A DNA stretch of 64,000 nucleotides from Octopus sinensis (lineage: Eukaryota): the NCBI RefSeq assembly GCF_006345805.1, contig NC_042997.1, positions 63,116,001 to 63,180,000 on the forward strand, in the 5' to 3' direction. The notes beneath the pieces were generated by a model. It worked only from the letters and a program-made list of their open reading frames with translations, searched no databases and had not been told where the DNA came from. This document shows, piece by piece, positions 39,978 to 53,919 of this stretch. A program made the position numbers and the translations under genes. Every line of letters begins with the position of its first letter. The first letter of the stretch is position 1.

Positions 39978-40785
39978 TAGTTAAGGAGAATATGCAGAAA
40001 TATTATGGAAATTGGTTTATTTGAATCTGCATAACATTATTTGCAAAGTTGTTCTGTTTCAAGCAGAGAAAAACAATGATATATATTTAGCGCATGCATA
40101 AGTTCGTCATAAGAATGCGTCGAAAATATTTTCGTATATCACTCTCTTTCTCTCTCTTTCCCCCGTTCGTGCCTTCTTGTCATTTATATTGCAGAACTTT
40201 GCATCGCATGCCTGCCTTTTTTTCTTGCTTCTTCGTGTTCTAAAACAAATATTACAAGTATTGTTTACACATCAATGTTTTTTCCATACATTTCCCTTTA
40301 TAAATCATTGAATACAAACTTGTTTATCTGCGCATGATTTTTAAAGCGAAATTGATCTTGATCATCAGATTCTATTTATAATTACAGTGGCATAATATTG
40401 AAATGTAAAACAGTTTCCAGGTATTTGCTCTATCGTGGGTATTTGTTATTGCATTCTCTTGTCAATAACACAATCATTGTTGACCTTCTATATAATGTCA
40501 TCAGAAACAAACAGTATAATAATAACTGGCAGTTTTCAAATACAATCTTATATATTGCAATGTAATATAAGCACGCCTACAATCAAGAACATTTATGCAA
40601 GTATATATTTAGTATTTTATTTCTTTTTATCCATTCTATCACATTGTCAAATACCAAGTCTTTCGATTTACTTATGTATCGCTCACCTTAATGCTTTCTG
40701 CCCATTTCCAGTAGATATTTTGCCACCCCTCTAAGAAAGAAACTGGAATATAAAGCTATTAGTAGTGGGAGTTGTTAACTTTTAC

Positions 40786-40883
<98 letters not shown>

Positions 40884-40999
40884 ACACACATAGATATGCA
40901 TGTATGTATGTATGTATGCTTGTGTGTGTGTATATATATATATATGAATATATATTATATAAATATTATATATATATATATATATAGTATATAAGCTTT

Positions 41000-41160
41000 T
41001 TTATTCTTTCTCTGTTTATTTCCTCATATTCCTTTCTGTTGAAGAGTGAAAGCTCGAAACGTAAAATACTTTCTCACTTTCCCGGGCGTCAAACTATTAC
41101 ACCTCCTTGTGGTTCATGCACCTGTCTTCGTCTTTTGTTTTTCTGTAAATTTCAACTATA
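41000..41160 (+). mobile_element. Short repeat with an HHR-like motif (family E terminal repeat); a second copy lies on the minus strand at ~54365-54490
   Basis: 41032-41066: UUU-CUGUUGA-A-GAGU(GAAA)GCUC-GAAA-CGU-A-AAA. Core has A6 to U. Confidence 0.6.
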
Positions 41161-44100
41161 TATAAAAGTTAGTGAGTGGTGCAAACACTAAATTATGGAA
41201 CGACTAAACTATAACTTATTTACTTAGTTAGTAGTTACCATAAAATCAAGAAAAGTTTTATAATAATGATTTAAAATTTTGGCACAAAGCCAGCAATTTT
41301 GAAGGCGGGGATAAGTTGATTATATTGACCCAGTACTTAACTAATACTTATTTTATCGACCCCGAAAGGACGAAAGCCTAATAATTCTGCCAACCCGTCG
41401 CCTTAAAAAGTTTTATAATATTAATTTATTCCTTTTCTGAGGGAATGAATACTTCAGAGAATGCGTGACAAACATTCTAGTAAGTTGGAATAATTTTATT
41501 GCTGAATTTAGTTATTGTGCCTTTTTACACTCTGGTTTAAAATGTATTAGTCAACGTTATATCTCATCTGTTTTAAGCAGTTAAGTAGGAACGGACAATG
41601 TAACATTCTCTGACTTCAATCGACATACTTCTATCCCCACCCTGATAAAACATGGCCTCTTGTATCAGAGTTATAAAACCTTATTATATGAATCAAGAGA
41701 TGAACATTAAAATGGTTGCTAGATCTAAAAGAAGTAGTAGACAATTATCCCTCAGATGACTTCATGTAGTCGTAAAAATTTAAGCTCAAAGCTTAATATG
41801 GTCCTGAATACATTGAAAAGAATAAAAGAAGTTTAATCGCAAGTGAAGCACTATTGACCATAAGTCTTCCCAATCAAAATAAACTGTCAGTTAAGAACAG
41901 CAACAAGGTGGCATCGACGTAGTTACTTGATCCGTTGGAAAGGACAGACATGTTGCCTTTAAATCACATACAACTGAAATAAGAAAAAGGAAACTCATAT
42001 GTGATATGTTTGAAAATAAAAAGAGGGTAGTATGGCAGCGGCTGGAGTGTGCAGATTAGAAGATCTAAAATAATTAGTAACCCATAACAACAAAAGTAAA
42101 GATCATAGACAGATTGTACTTCACACTAATTGTACATATATTGCCATGAGATAATGTAGCGTAAGATATGTTTTCAAGGGAATTTTGAGAATTCCTGTTC
42201 TTATATCGAAGAATGCTATTCTTGATTAATCTGAATGCTATTCTTGATTAGTCTGAAGCTGGCATCGACTGAGTCGGCATATGTCCAAGAATATATCAGG
42301 GGTGATTTTTGTAGGAATAGTCTAAATAATCTAATGGACAAATATTGATTTCAAATTTTGGCATAAGGCCAGCAAGTGCAGGGTAAGGGGTAAGTCGGTA
42401 ATATCGACTCCTGTGTTCAATCGGTGCTTATTTTATCGACCCCGAAAGGATGAAAAGCAAAGGGGACCTCGGCGGAAGAGTGATGACTGATGACACACCG
42501 CTAAGCATTTCTGCCTTCTAATGAACTAAGTATTGTAGACTGAGATCAACGCCATATTCTCGGATTCAGGATTCGCTCCAAAATCAGCTAAGTTTTCCTT
42601 TCAATTATTTTTCAAACATTACGGTTTTATTTAAAGAAATTTGAACGATCTTTCTTGCAAACCGAGTAACTACGAACTGGTTTCTTCATTGATTCTGTTT
42701 TCTGCTTTTGTGTGATTGACTCATCTTTTAGTGTAATTATTTCTTTGATGTATCTGCAACTTTTGGTTAGTCAGTGCAAGGCATGCTATATTGTATGATA
42801 TTTTTTATTGTGCATTGTTGAATTACGTAACTCTTTTCAAATTGTAGTCTTCGGTGTTATGTACAAAACTTCAGATTTGAATATTTTCGACTGAATCTTT
42901 TGTCAAATTTCATTAGTAAGTGCATGTCGTTCATTGCATTGTCACTTTCGAGTTCAACAATAATGTAACCATTCTCTTTCTACAACTTCTTTCCCTACTC
43001 CAACAAATATTATGTGGGCTGTATACATCACACTATGCTGGTTGCAGTCCATCTCATTATAACCATTGAAAATAGTTACTTCAGGAAGGGTTATATATTT
43101 CCCCGACGAACTGATAGAATGTTTTAAGAGCTTACTGTTATAATGCTTCCATAGACTTTAGAAGTTTATTTAACGAAATATAATGGAAACATAGATAAAT
43201 TAAATAAATACGTGATACGAACAAATAGAAAAATAAAAATAGATATAGACTGCCTATTTTGTAGACAACTTTTTATAAGCTTTCATTTAAAAATGAAATG
43301 GTTGAAAATAAAAAAAAAAGGTATGTCTGGTTATTCGAAATGACCAAATGATACTGTTTGATGATATCTAATAAAATAAGAAGTGTATTTACTTTTTATT
43401 CATGTGTATTGTCTCGACAATATCTTACTTACATGACTGTTTTTAATCGGTGTTCTAGTGATTGTAACACGCGGTATCTGAGTTATATTCGTAGCAATTA
43501 TGTCGGTGAGCTAGTAAACGTTCTAGCCTACCAGACAAAATGCTTAGCGGCATTTCGCCTGTCTTATGCTCAGAGCTCAAAATTTTACTTTTTTGGGCTT
43601 TCTTCCCTAAAACAACTGCTGTTCCTATATCAAAATTGCATTGTGGTGAACTATGTAATTGTTCGATTATCACACTTCAGTGAAAAATAACATAGCAAAC
43701 ACAGACACATTAGATAACGTACTCTTAGATACCTCTATGAGGTCAGAAAAGTCACGGATCGTAAGGCTGTTTTATCAGGGGTGACATCGTGCTTAATAAC
43801 AATAGCAACTGATGGTCTTTGTCCAATATTGCAAAGCTTAGAAGTATGACGATCAGAAAGAAAAAAATAACAACGATATTTTTGTGTACGACAGTACTTC
43901 ACTGCAATTCGCTTATCCTACAAGTGGAATCTGATCCAATATAATTTATTTCATTGACATAGTCCTTCAGTAAAACAGTTTAGTTGACTAGCGAACAGGA
44001 TGTCTGTTAATTTGATGAACGCATTTCATTCTCAATCTCAAACTAATATTAAATTCTTAAAATTTAGGGAGTGATAGGAGAGGAACGACTAAACTACAAC

Positions 44101-46620
44101 TTCTTCAGTAGTTATCACAAAATCTAGAGGAGGTTTATTATATTATTCTATTTCTTCTTTACGAGAATAAATGCTGCAGAGACATGATGGAATGTTGAAA
44201 TATTTTCTTGCAGTTATTCAGCTGTGCTTCTACATTTCAGTTTCAAATTCTGTCTTGCCCAGCTTTGTCTTGTATTCATTATATATTAGTTAATTACATA
44301 TCACAGAAGTATAGTACTGCTTTCAGTTACTGGTTCCCTCACTGACTGTTTTAATTCTTGCTTTCTGGTTGATTGAGCATCTAATGCAGTTCTTAGTTTT
44401 ACTATGTCTCTGCATAGTTTGATTTAATTATAGTACAAGAAATAGCCCCCTTAAAGTTATTAATCGAATAGTTATAGTAGTTTTTTTATATTTCATATTG
44501 TGTCTTAAAGAACTCTTTTCTTGTTTTCTAGATAAATAGCAACCCAATTCTTTAAAACCTTGCGCTATCTATTTATCTATCAATCTTTAAAATTTTTACA
44601 CGAGGGCAGCCATTTCTGAGGAGGAGTAAGTCCATTACATCGACCCCAGTGTTCAACTTGTATTTATTTTATCATCCCTGAGAAGATGAAAGTCAAAGTC
44701 CAACCCGGTGATATTTGAACGTAAAGTTGGAAGAAATGCCGCTAAGAATTTTTCTCGGCGCGGTAACGATTCTGCCAGCTATGAACGCAATATATATATA
44801 TATTGCTTTTATACTGAATGTATGGCTGGGGCCTGTTTTATTGCTGTTTACTTACAGCCTTATTGGAAATGATTTCTAATAAATACAAAATTATTATTAG
44901 AATATTCATTATATCAGCAGAGATAAAAGGAAGATGCATGCAGGAGTGATCGATTGAAAAGAATTATACACATGGATTCATCCTTCTGGTCAGTAACAAA
45001 TGAGTACACCTGTGATACAAAGCATGCCCTTTAATACACCTAAGATTGCATTATCCAATGTGTGCCCCATTATTTTAGAGATTGTGGGAAAAGATTCTTT
45101 CCTTATGACTACTTGTGGAATAGTATAGACCCATAGGACCGTTTTCCCGGGAATAAATATTCCCCATCTGGACGGGATGCCGGTCCGTCACAAGGTTACT
45201 CGTTTTTGCCTGCTACGTTGCAGCTGGATCAATGTGAAATGAAATATTTTGCTCAGAAACACAACGCGTCGCTTTGCTCGGGTATAGAAACCACAACTTT
45301 ACGATCATGAATCCATCACCTTAACCACTAAGCCACGTGCCTCCACTTGCATACAAGTTATGCATTTAACGGTGCTCTGGCATGACCACAGCCTTAAGGC
45401 TGAACCTTGTAAAATAATAAAATATTTTGTATATATTAACGCAGTGAGCTGGCAGAATCGTTAGGAGGCCGGGAAAAATGATTCGCAGCATTTCGTCCGT
45501 CTTTACGTTCTGAATTCTTTGTCTTTCATCCTTTCGTGGAGTGGATAAAATAAGTACCAGTTAAACACCGGGGTCGTTGTAATCGACTTCCCTCTACCCC
45601 GAAATTGCTGGCCTTGTGTCAAAATTTGAAGCCAATTTCGCCGAAGCCGACTTACCTTTCATACTTTTGGGGGTTGATAAATTAAGTACCAGTCAAGTAC
45701 TGATGTGAGTGTAATCGAGTTTCCCCTCTTCCAAAATTCCAGGCCTTGTGCCTATAGTAGAGAAGGTTATTTGTGTATGGTCTGGCCTTGTGCCAAAATT
45801 TGATATACTTATTTGTACATATTAAGGCAGAATCGTTGGCACACCAGGCAAAATGCTTGCTGTCTCCATGTTCTGAGTTCAAATTCCGCCGAGGTCGCAT
45901 TTATTTTACATCGACAAGCTATTAGCAGGTCAATGTAATCAGCTTATCCCATCCCTCAAAAACTGTTGGTCCCGTGCATAAATTTGGAGTTATTATTTAT
46001 ACATATTTATTTAAAATAGATTTAATTAAATTATTACTGAAGGTAGCAAGAAATTTAAATGAAAAAAAATCGAAAACAAAGAAAGAGGAAAAATTAATAA
46101 GAGTAATAAAAATTCTGTGAAATGTAGAGGATTGCCTCGAGACGAACATTCAGATAATACACTGCAGTAGTTTTCCATACTGGGCAAGATGCATTCATCT
46201 TGCAGTATTAGGGTCCCTGTATTTACGTCCTCTATAGACTGGCCGTGCAGATCACAAGCCCTGTGGCCTATGTAGCTGTTGAACACCATACAGTGTGCCT
46301 AGACGTTGGACAAAGAGTTATAATTTTCAATTCTTTTTGATGAGAAGAGTGATATGTGAGGGATTCTACAGGGCGTATGGAACACACACTTAAAATACAA
46401 AAACTTAACAAAATAAACACAGAATGAAATATAGAACTTGAAATGGTCACTGTTAGCCAACATTTAACATTAAACAAGAGTCATTCCAAATTTCACATAA
46501 AGCTTTCAATTTCATCAAGGTGTGGGAATCTATTTGAAGCTATATACTCAGAATCAGTTCATTCAAGTAGACCACACTCACAAGACAAGCATCCATCATT
46601 CTCAATTTTCCCAAGCTGTA

Positions 46621-46830
46621 AGGCGGCGAGCTGGCAGAAACGTTAGCACGTCAGGCGAAGTGCTTAGCGGCATTTCGTCTGTCTTAACGTTCTGAGTTCA
46701 AATTCCATCGAGGGCGACTTTGCCTTTTATCCTTTCGGGGTCAATAAATTAAGTACCAGTTGCGTACTGGGTCAATCTAATTGCCCCCCCCCCCCAATTT
46801 CGGGCCTTGTGTCTAGTGTAGAAAGAATTT
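46621..46830 (+). mobile_element. SINE family B, full length
   Basis: GGCGGCGAGCTGGCAGAAACGTTAGCACG head and conserved central domain. Confidence 0.88.
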
Positions 46831-49577
46831 TACTAAGCTGTGGAATTGTATTGGCAGCGACATACACAGAATATCTTCGATCATGCAGACCATATTCATC
46901 ACAGAAGCACCTGCGTTCTACAAATTTACTACAGACCAGCATTTCCTTTGCTCTTCTCAGCGTTTTTTTGAAGGGATACTTGGTAACTTTATGAGTTTGA
47001 ATAGATAAGAAAATTCCAGTCTCCAATCATCTCATCAAATATATCTTTAAAATATCGTTAGCAAAATAAATAAATAAATAAATAAATAAAGGTTGTTGTT
47101 CTTTGTCCTTTAGCCCCAGATCAGTCTTGATTACTCAGACCTATGATCAAAGGCAATCTGGCCATAAGCATCTCATCTATTTCCTTTAAGCAAGAAAACC
47201 ATGGCCACATTATCAAGCGTAGTTTTTAAAGACGATAGTGTGTGATTGTTGGGACATTTAGCATTTATTTTTAGTAGTTGGCTGACCACGTAAAAGTTCC
47301 CGGTAATAACGGTAGTTTCTGGACACATAGCGCGAAGCACAAAATGCGTTGTGCTTTTAGTTATGTCTTCCTCCGGCGTGACTTGCATTCTGTCGGAAAA
47401 GACGAGCAATGGTACATGTAGTAGGTACTAGGGTTGAATAAATCAGCTATATACATTTAACTCAGTTTGTTATATTTTGTCTAACACAGAAAAAGAGTAT
47501 TGTTTAGAGTCAACATGGGCAACCTCTACCTAGTCCATTGACTTGCCACAAATAACAGCTGAATTCCCTTCAAATCACACATTACTGTCAGTGGAAATAA
47601 TTTAGGGTACACGCATGAAGGTTGATCTTAGATACACCGGAGAGAGTGCCTTTGATCACAGATCTATGCGATCATTGCAGATCTAGGACTAAATAACGCA
47701 ATAATTGCTTTAAACATGAGTCAAGGCGTGAAATTTTAGTGGGAAGCGTTCATCGATTTAAATCGACTGGTGTTATTAACTCATACGTTTTTTCATCGCC
47801 ATTGGAAGGATGAAAGGCAAAGTTAACCTCGGCGCGATTTGAAATTACAGAGTAAACTGTCGGAAAGAGAAGCATTTGTGTTTTTAACGTTTTAACGAGC
47901 CTGTCAATCCACTACTCTGAAATGACAATCATAATATGTCAACGACTGTACATTCTATTAACTCTCGAGGATTCAACACATAATTACATCACTGTTAGAA
48001 TGATCACTTGCTTTTATTATTGCCATATCTTTCTTTATTCATAAAGACCTTTGTTGCATTTCCTATAATACAATCTAATGATAAGGAGAAATTTTCTCGC
48101 AAATCTAATGGCAACTCCTCTATTTCCACTTCACATTTGACATTAATTATATCAGCTTTATGAATTTCCTCTATATCTTTACGTTTCAACATTTCTCTTC
48201 AGCTTTCATTTTTTTCTTTATCATTTTAAAGTCTAGCAGTATTCATTTCTATATTTTAATTAAATCCTTTTCAAATATATATAATATATAACTAGTATTT
48301 GTAAAAGTAGAAGCCGCTTGAAACCATAAACATTAAGGTAGTATTACCTTTATTTCACCCGCCCGTTTGTTTTCACCTCTTCACTTTAATATAAAACTTA
48401 CATTCTAATAAAATAATAGCTCCTATGTGCACTTACACATAGGAGGCATTATTGGAATATAAATCGCCTCTAGTACTTGACTAATTTTTATATTATAAAT
48501 TAATATTGATTTCTCACATTATCAGAGTCTCAAATGTTGAAGGATTTAATGTTAAATCGATTTAATCGAATCCCTCACTAGATGACTAATATTAGAAAAA
48601 GTGGCAAACGAAGTTATTCGCTGTGAGATTTGAATGTAAAAACTAAAGATTATAAATTAAAGATCATTAACTAAATACTGACGGGCATTTAATCCACCTC
48701 TTTGCAATATATCTAGGTTCATTTTAATACTCATACTGTAAGTGGACTCGTACACTTATATCCACATTTATTTCAGGTTGTTTTTAGTTCATATTTTAAA
48801 GCATTAACAAAGACAAACACACATGTATATTCTTTTATTCTTTTACTTGTTTCAGTCATATGACTGTGGCCATGCTGGAGCACCGCCTTAGGGTTACTTT
48901 AATGCGTATTTTATTAAATGCCATATCCATTTACGTTAGCTTCATTTATATTATGAGGAACCGGTGTTTCATTCAATCTACAGAACTGGACTTATTATTA
49001 AGTTAATAATATAGCTGTTTACTGTTTGATGTATCCCTCATATTGATTGGATGTTGTAGGTCATATAACTGTTGTTATTGTTGTCTGACCGACTTGACAC
49101 TAAATGGGCTTCTCTCTCTCTTTGTTAGCTGAATGGATTAAAGCGACGTGAAATACAGTGCCTTCTCCAAAGAAACAATGCGCCTCCTGCACCTGGAAAT
49201 ACACACACGATCTCATCATCAAAAGCATAGTTGCTTAGGCAATTCAGGCAATGCAAATTCTCGAGTGGCCGTATATGAACACGAATAACATACTTTGAAG
49301 CTTTTTACGGCAGTATGTATATGTGGTCGACTTTCCCTTTCATCCTTTCGGGGTCCATAAATTAAGTACCAGTTACGCACTGGGGTCGATGTAATCGACT
49401 TAATACCTATGTCTGTCCTTGTTTGTCCTCTCTGTGTTTAGCCCCTTGTGGGTAATAAAGAAATTAGTATGTCAGCAGAAGTAGCATCTGAATTTTCGGG
49501 TTAATTGACTGTAATATTTACATACCTCATTTTTCATTCTGATTTCAAATTGCACTTTTCTTAATCATTTATGTATA

Positions 49578-49928
49578 CAGTAATCCCTCGCCTATCGCGA
49601 TTTATTATTTGAGCTTACAAAGGCGGCGAGCTGGCAGAAACGTTAGCATGGGGTCGGTAAAATAAGGACTAGTTAAACACTGGGGTTGATGTAATCAACT
49701 TACCCTCTCCCCCCAAATTTCAGGCCTTGTGCCTACAGTAGAAAGGACTATTTAAGCTTACGTTGATTCCTCTGTGGTATTGTTTTGAATTTATGATAAA
49801 ATAAATATATGCAAATTATAAAAAATAAAAAAAATAAAAATACAGTACAGTATTGTTTCTACTTCGTGGATTTTCACATATCGCAGGGATTTGGGGGCGT
49901 ATCGCCCGCGATAGTTGAGGGATTACTA
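49578..49928. mobile_element. Tigger/pogo-like MITE with a nested SINE B fragment (49619-49748)
   Basis: TIRs CAGTAATCCCTCGCCTATCGCG and CGCGATAGTTGAGGGATTACTA are flanked by TA. The SINE is bounded by TATTTGAGCTTAC and TATTTAAGCTTAC. Confidence 0.8.
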
Positions 49929-50203
49929 TATTCCTTTGGTCCACGGAAGCAATTTAAGTAATCTTGGATGTTATTATGAGAGCAATCAAACTTTTTGAGT
50001 ATGAAGGAGCTACAAGTAGATACAATTATGAAAATATATCTTTTACTGTCACACATTTTTGTCATACATCGAAAGACAAGTTAGCAGAGTTGTTTGAGAA
50101 GCTAACAGAATGACTTGATTCTATACTTGAGAGATGAGAAATTATGTATATTATTCACATTATTTACATTTGACGGACATTTGTCTCCATCTTTTTTGTT
50201 GTC

Positions 50204-50249
50204 AACACAATGTTTCAGCTGATATACTCTTCAGCCTTCATCAGGCGTC
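50204..50249 (-). ncRNA. Family C hammerhead, partly degenerate
   Basis: GACGC-CUGAUGA-A-GGCUG..CAGCU-GAAA-CAU-U-GUGUU. Helix III has a G to A change. Confidence 0.6.
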
Positions 50250-50297
50250 CTGGGGCAATTTGGAACATGGGTTCTCATTCCTAAGGTAATTTTTCGA

Positions 50298-50352
<55 letters not shown>

Positions 50353-50379
50353 ATTATTATTCAGGTCACCGCCTGGAAT

Positions 50380-50793
50380 AACATCAGGACAGTATCCAAG
50401 AATAATACAACACTTCGCAAATATATACTTCGTGTAAACCACCAATAGAAGAGAATATAACCAAATACAACTCGTATTCCATTCCATGCAGCTGTGGTAG
50501 GTTATACAAAGGCGAAACTTGCCGCCACCTCAAAATAAGGGTAGAGGAATATCCCAAAGCTGTGACATGAGGAGATATTGATGAATCAGGTATAGCTGAT
50601 CATGTATGGAAAAATAGAGACCACCTCCCCCTGTCAGATGAAGTTAAAATAGTAGACAGAGAACACCACTGGAAAATACGAAAACTAAAAGAGGCAGCAC
50701 ATGTGCTGGGACCTCCTAAGCAGACCTAGTGCAGATATGAGTAGCATATGGGAACCTGTATTAAGGAAGGATAGGAAAATATTAGATTTATAA
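50380..50793 (+). pseudogene. PLE (Poseidon-type) GIY-YIG endonuclease fragment
   Basis: YSIPCSCGRLYKGETCRHLKIRVEEY...SGIADHVWKNRDHLPLSDEVKIVDREHHWKIRKLKEAAH. Confidence 0.88.
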
Positions 50794-50963
50794 GCCCTAA
50801 AATTCACTCCATAATTGCCCACGGCTATATGGTATAGTGTTTGAGAGCACGAGTACTAACCCCGAGATTGCGAGTTCGATTTCAGGCTGTGACCTGAGTA
50901 ACAATAATAATAACATCAGAAGAAAACCTTAGGAATGGGAATCCGGGTTCGAAATTCCCGCTG

Positions 50964-51009
50964 GACACCTGATGAAGGCTGGAGAGTACATCAGCCGAAA
51001 CGATGTGTT
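50964..51009 (+). ncRNA. Family C hammerhead, U16.1 mutated
   Basis: GACAC-CUGAUGA-A-GGCUG..CAGCC-GAAA-CGA-U-GUGUU. Confidence 0.6.
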
Positions 51010-52659
51010 AATAACAAACAAGATGAGACAAACACTATCCGTCAAATGTAAAGAATGACTTGAGTTATAAAGTTCTTTTATTTCCGAGTTCAAATCCAAA
51101 CGAAATTAGCCTTTACTCAATCATCGTTCTGGGGTTGATAAGGAAAGTTCTAGTCAAGGACTGCAAATTCTGGGAACCGTTAGGATGCTGGAATATATGT
51201 TCTCATATTTATTGTTATTTTTTGTACTTTGAGTTAAATTTTCCCCGTGGCCTATTTCGGCGTAGACCTAATCCGTCGCTCGATTTAACAACAATACTTA
51301 ACAGCTTAGATGCTTTATGGATACTTTCCTCCTTCCTTCCATAAGTTAAAGATGTTCATTAGTGGCTGTTCTGCCACTTGTCTAATCGAGTAAATAAACA
51401 TATTTTGCATAGCCCCACTTTTGATTCTTCTTTTTCCAGGCAAGTTAGTTTCAAGTCTCATTACAATCTTACATTATGTTATTTATTTCTGCATTTTATT
51501 TTATTTAAGTTTTCCTTTCTGTATGTTTAAATTTCTGTAAAAGTTTGCAATTTGTTTTAATTATCACACGTAAGGAATATAATGGTTATGTTTTAAAGGC
51601 TATTGAAATATTCATTAGCTGTCAGCTTAGTGATTACTAGTCTTAAGGAGATGACAATAGTTGTTCGTTTAGTTTAGTCTGCTCTTCAGTTACACTCGTG
51701 GCGTTATTCTATTCATTTGATTGTCTCCAGATTGAAATACGTCACTTTAGATAAATTGAAAATTGGCTAGTGACTGTCAGTAGTTAAATAAAATAAAATG
51801 AGTAATAAACCATCGCTATGCTATTTAATTTAGTATTAACGTATTTTATGTAGCTGTATTAAGATCTAATTGGTAAAAATTATGCGGTGAGGATAAACAA
51901 TATTAGTTGATGATTAACATAATTTTAATTGATCGGGTGTTATTATGACCTTCATGAATGAAACATACGTTTTACTATACATGCCAAAGTACTGATGACA
52001 TAATTACTAAATCGTAAACTGAATCATATTTCTAGAGTACAATGACTCACTAATCGCTCCCTCCACTAGTATAGGAAAATCTATACTTCGTTGATAAGGT
52101 CAGAATACAACTAAAACATGCCATAAGTTGACTCGTGCTTGCTGAAATAACCATTATATTATTAGTACATACAAGCGGTGTAGAATTTTAATTAGGTGGA
52201 ACGAGAAGGGCGATAAGGTATTGGCCTATTAGCTCACTAATATTGAATTTATATTCACTGGAAGAGTTTAGTAAACTTTCAGAAAAAGAAACCGAACTTT
52301 AGATGCGTGAATTCAGAACAATAGCAACGCTTAATTCTAGATAACTATGCTACAATTGTAACGAAGGAAGGGATTCAATAGAGCATGTAGCTGCCTTAGA
52401 AATATATTAGAGAGCTGTGCTTCCCTATAGTAATATTTACTGCTAAATAGGCGTAAGAGATTATAATATTTTGTCAGCGCTTGTACATCTACACAAGAAA
52501 GAAAATTCTAATTTCATGTTCTGTGACTGATATAATTATAAGTCAGAATAGTTATAAGCAAAGAAAAAGTGTTTGCTTATAATTAACAGCTGTTATTAAG
52601 CTGTGAGATACTGTGTGTATACACACACACACACGCACACGCACACGCACGCACACACA

Positions 52660-52698
<39 letters not shown>

Positions 52699-52833
52699 TA
52701 TAACTTATAAGAAAGGGCTAAAGAAAATTATTTCAAAGCCAATATGCTGATTTTCCACCTATAATCTACTCGCTACAGAAAAATTGAACTGAAGTCGGGC
52801 AAGCTAACCGTTAGAATATTTAAATTTCGTTAT

Positions 52834-52893
52834 CTCTATAGTGAATCAATTTCGGAATTAATCTCAGAAAAGATTTATTCGTCTTCAGTAGAG
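52834..52893 (-). ncRNA. Type I hammerhead candidate (left arm)
   Basis: CUCUA-CUGAAGA-C-GAAU..AUUC-C-GAAA-UUGAUUCACU-A-UAGAG. Helix I perfect, one mismatch in helix III. Confidence 0.6.
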
Positions 52894-53041
52894 CTTACGA
52901 GAGAATATAAATAAGATACTTATATCTACAAATAAAATTTCTATTTTTAGATATAACTGGGGTACTTAGGTGTACTCATGTTTTTTGCTTTGGCTTTTTC
53001 CATGGGCGCATGTAGGTATCTTATTTATATTCTCTCGTAAG

Positions 53042-53101
53042 CTCTACTGAAGACGAATAAATCTTTTATGAGATTAATTCCGAAATTGATTCAATATAGA
53101 A
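53042..53101 (+). ncRNA. Type I hammerhead candidate (right arm)
   Basis: CUCUA-CUGAAGA-C-GAAU(AAAUCU..AGAUU)AAUUC-C-GAAA-UUG-AUU-CAAU-A-UAGAA. Helix III perfect; C.C at the base of helix II. Confidence 0.62.
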
Positions 53102-53333
53102 ATAACGAAATTTAAATATTCTAACAGCTAGCTTGTCCGACTTCAGTTCAGTTTTTCTGTAGCGAGTAGATTATATGTGGAAAATCAGCATATTGGCTTT
53201 GAAATAATTTTCTTTAGCCCTTTCTTATAATTTGTTTGTAATTTTAACAGTAAAGGTATTTTAATATGCTGCCACATTTCTTGATGGAATTCTTTTCTGT
53301 AGAGAAAAAAACTTCATCCTATATTAGTAGTAT

Positions 53334-53420
<87 letters not shown>

Positions 53421-53499
53421 GTGTGTGTGTGTGTACATGTATATATATTATATATATACATATATGTGCATATATATATATACATATATATGCATATAC

Positions 53500-53871
53500 T
53501 TTTTTACTCTTTTACTTCTTTCAGTCATTTGACTGCGGCCATGCTGGAGCATCGCCATTAGTACTTATTCTATCGGTCTCTTTTTGCCGAACCGCTAAGT
53601 GACGGGGACGTAAACACACCAGCATCGGTTGTCAAGCAATGCTAGGGAGACAAATACAGACACACAAACACACAAACACACACACACATATATAAATATA
53701 CATATATACGTCAGGCTTCTTACAGTTTCCCTCTACCAAATCCACTCACAAGGCATTGGTCGGCCCGGGGCTATAGCAGAAGACAGTCGCCCAAGATGCC
53801 ACGCAGTGGGACTGAACCCGGAACCATGTGGTTGGTAAGCAAGCTACTTACCACACAGCCACTCCTGCGCC
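53500..53871 (-). mobile_element. SINE family A, near full length
   Basis: Reverse complement of 13051-13457 with an internal deletion. Confidence 0.88.
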
Positions 53872-53919
53872 TATATATATATATAATATATATATATATA
53901 CATACAATATCTCGCAGAT

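Larger units (their letters stand above)
50119..51051. mobile_element. 5'-truncated Penelope-like insertion: inverted family C unit (-), then PLE GIY-YIG ORF end (+), then family C unit (+)
   Basis: A 12-bp TSD AGAATGACTTGA at 50107-50118 and 51052-51063 encloses the whole composite. Confidence 0.88.
52705..53230. repeat. Inverted repeat: 215-bp arms (52705-52919 and 53016-53230), 96-bp spacer; each arm carries an HHR-like motif
   Basis: Arms are reverse complements with a handful of substitutions. Confidence 0.9.
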
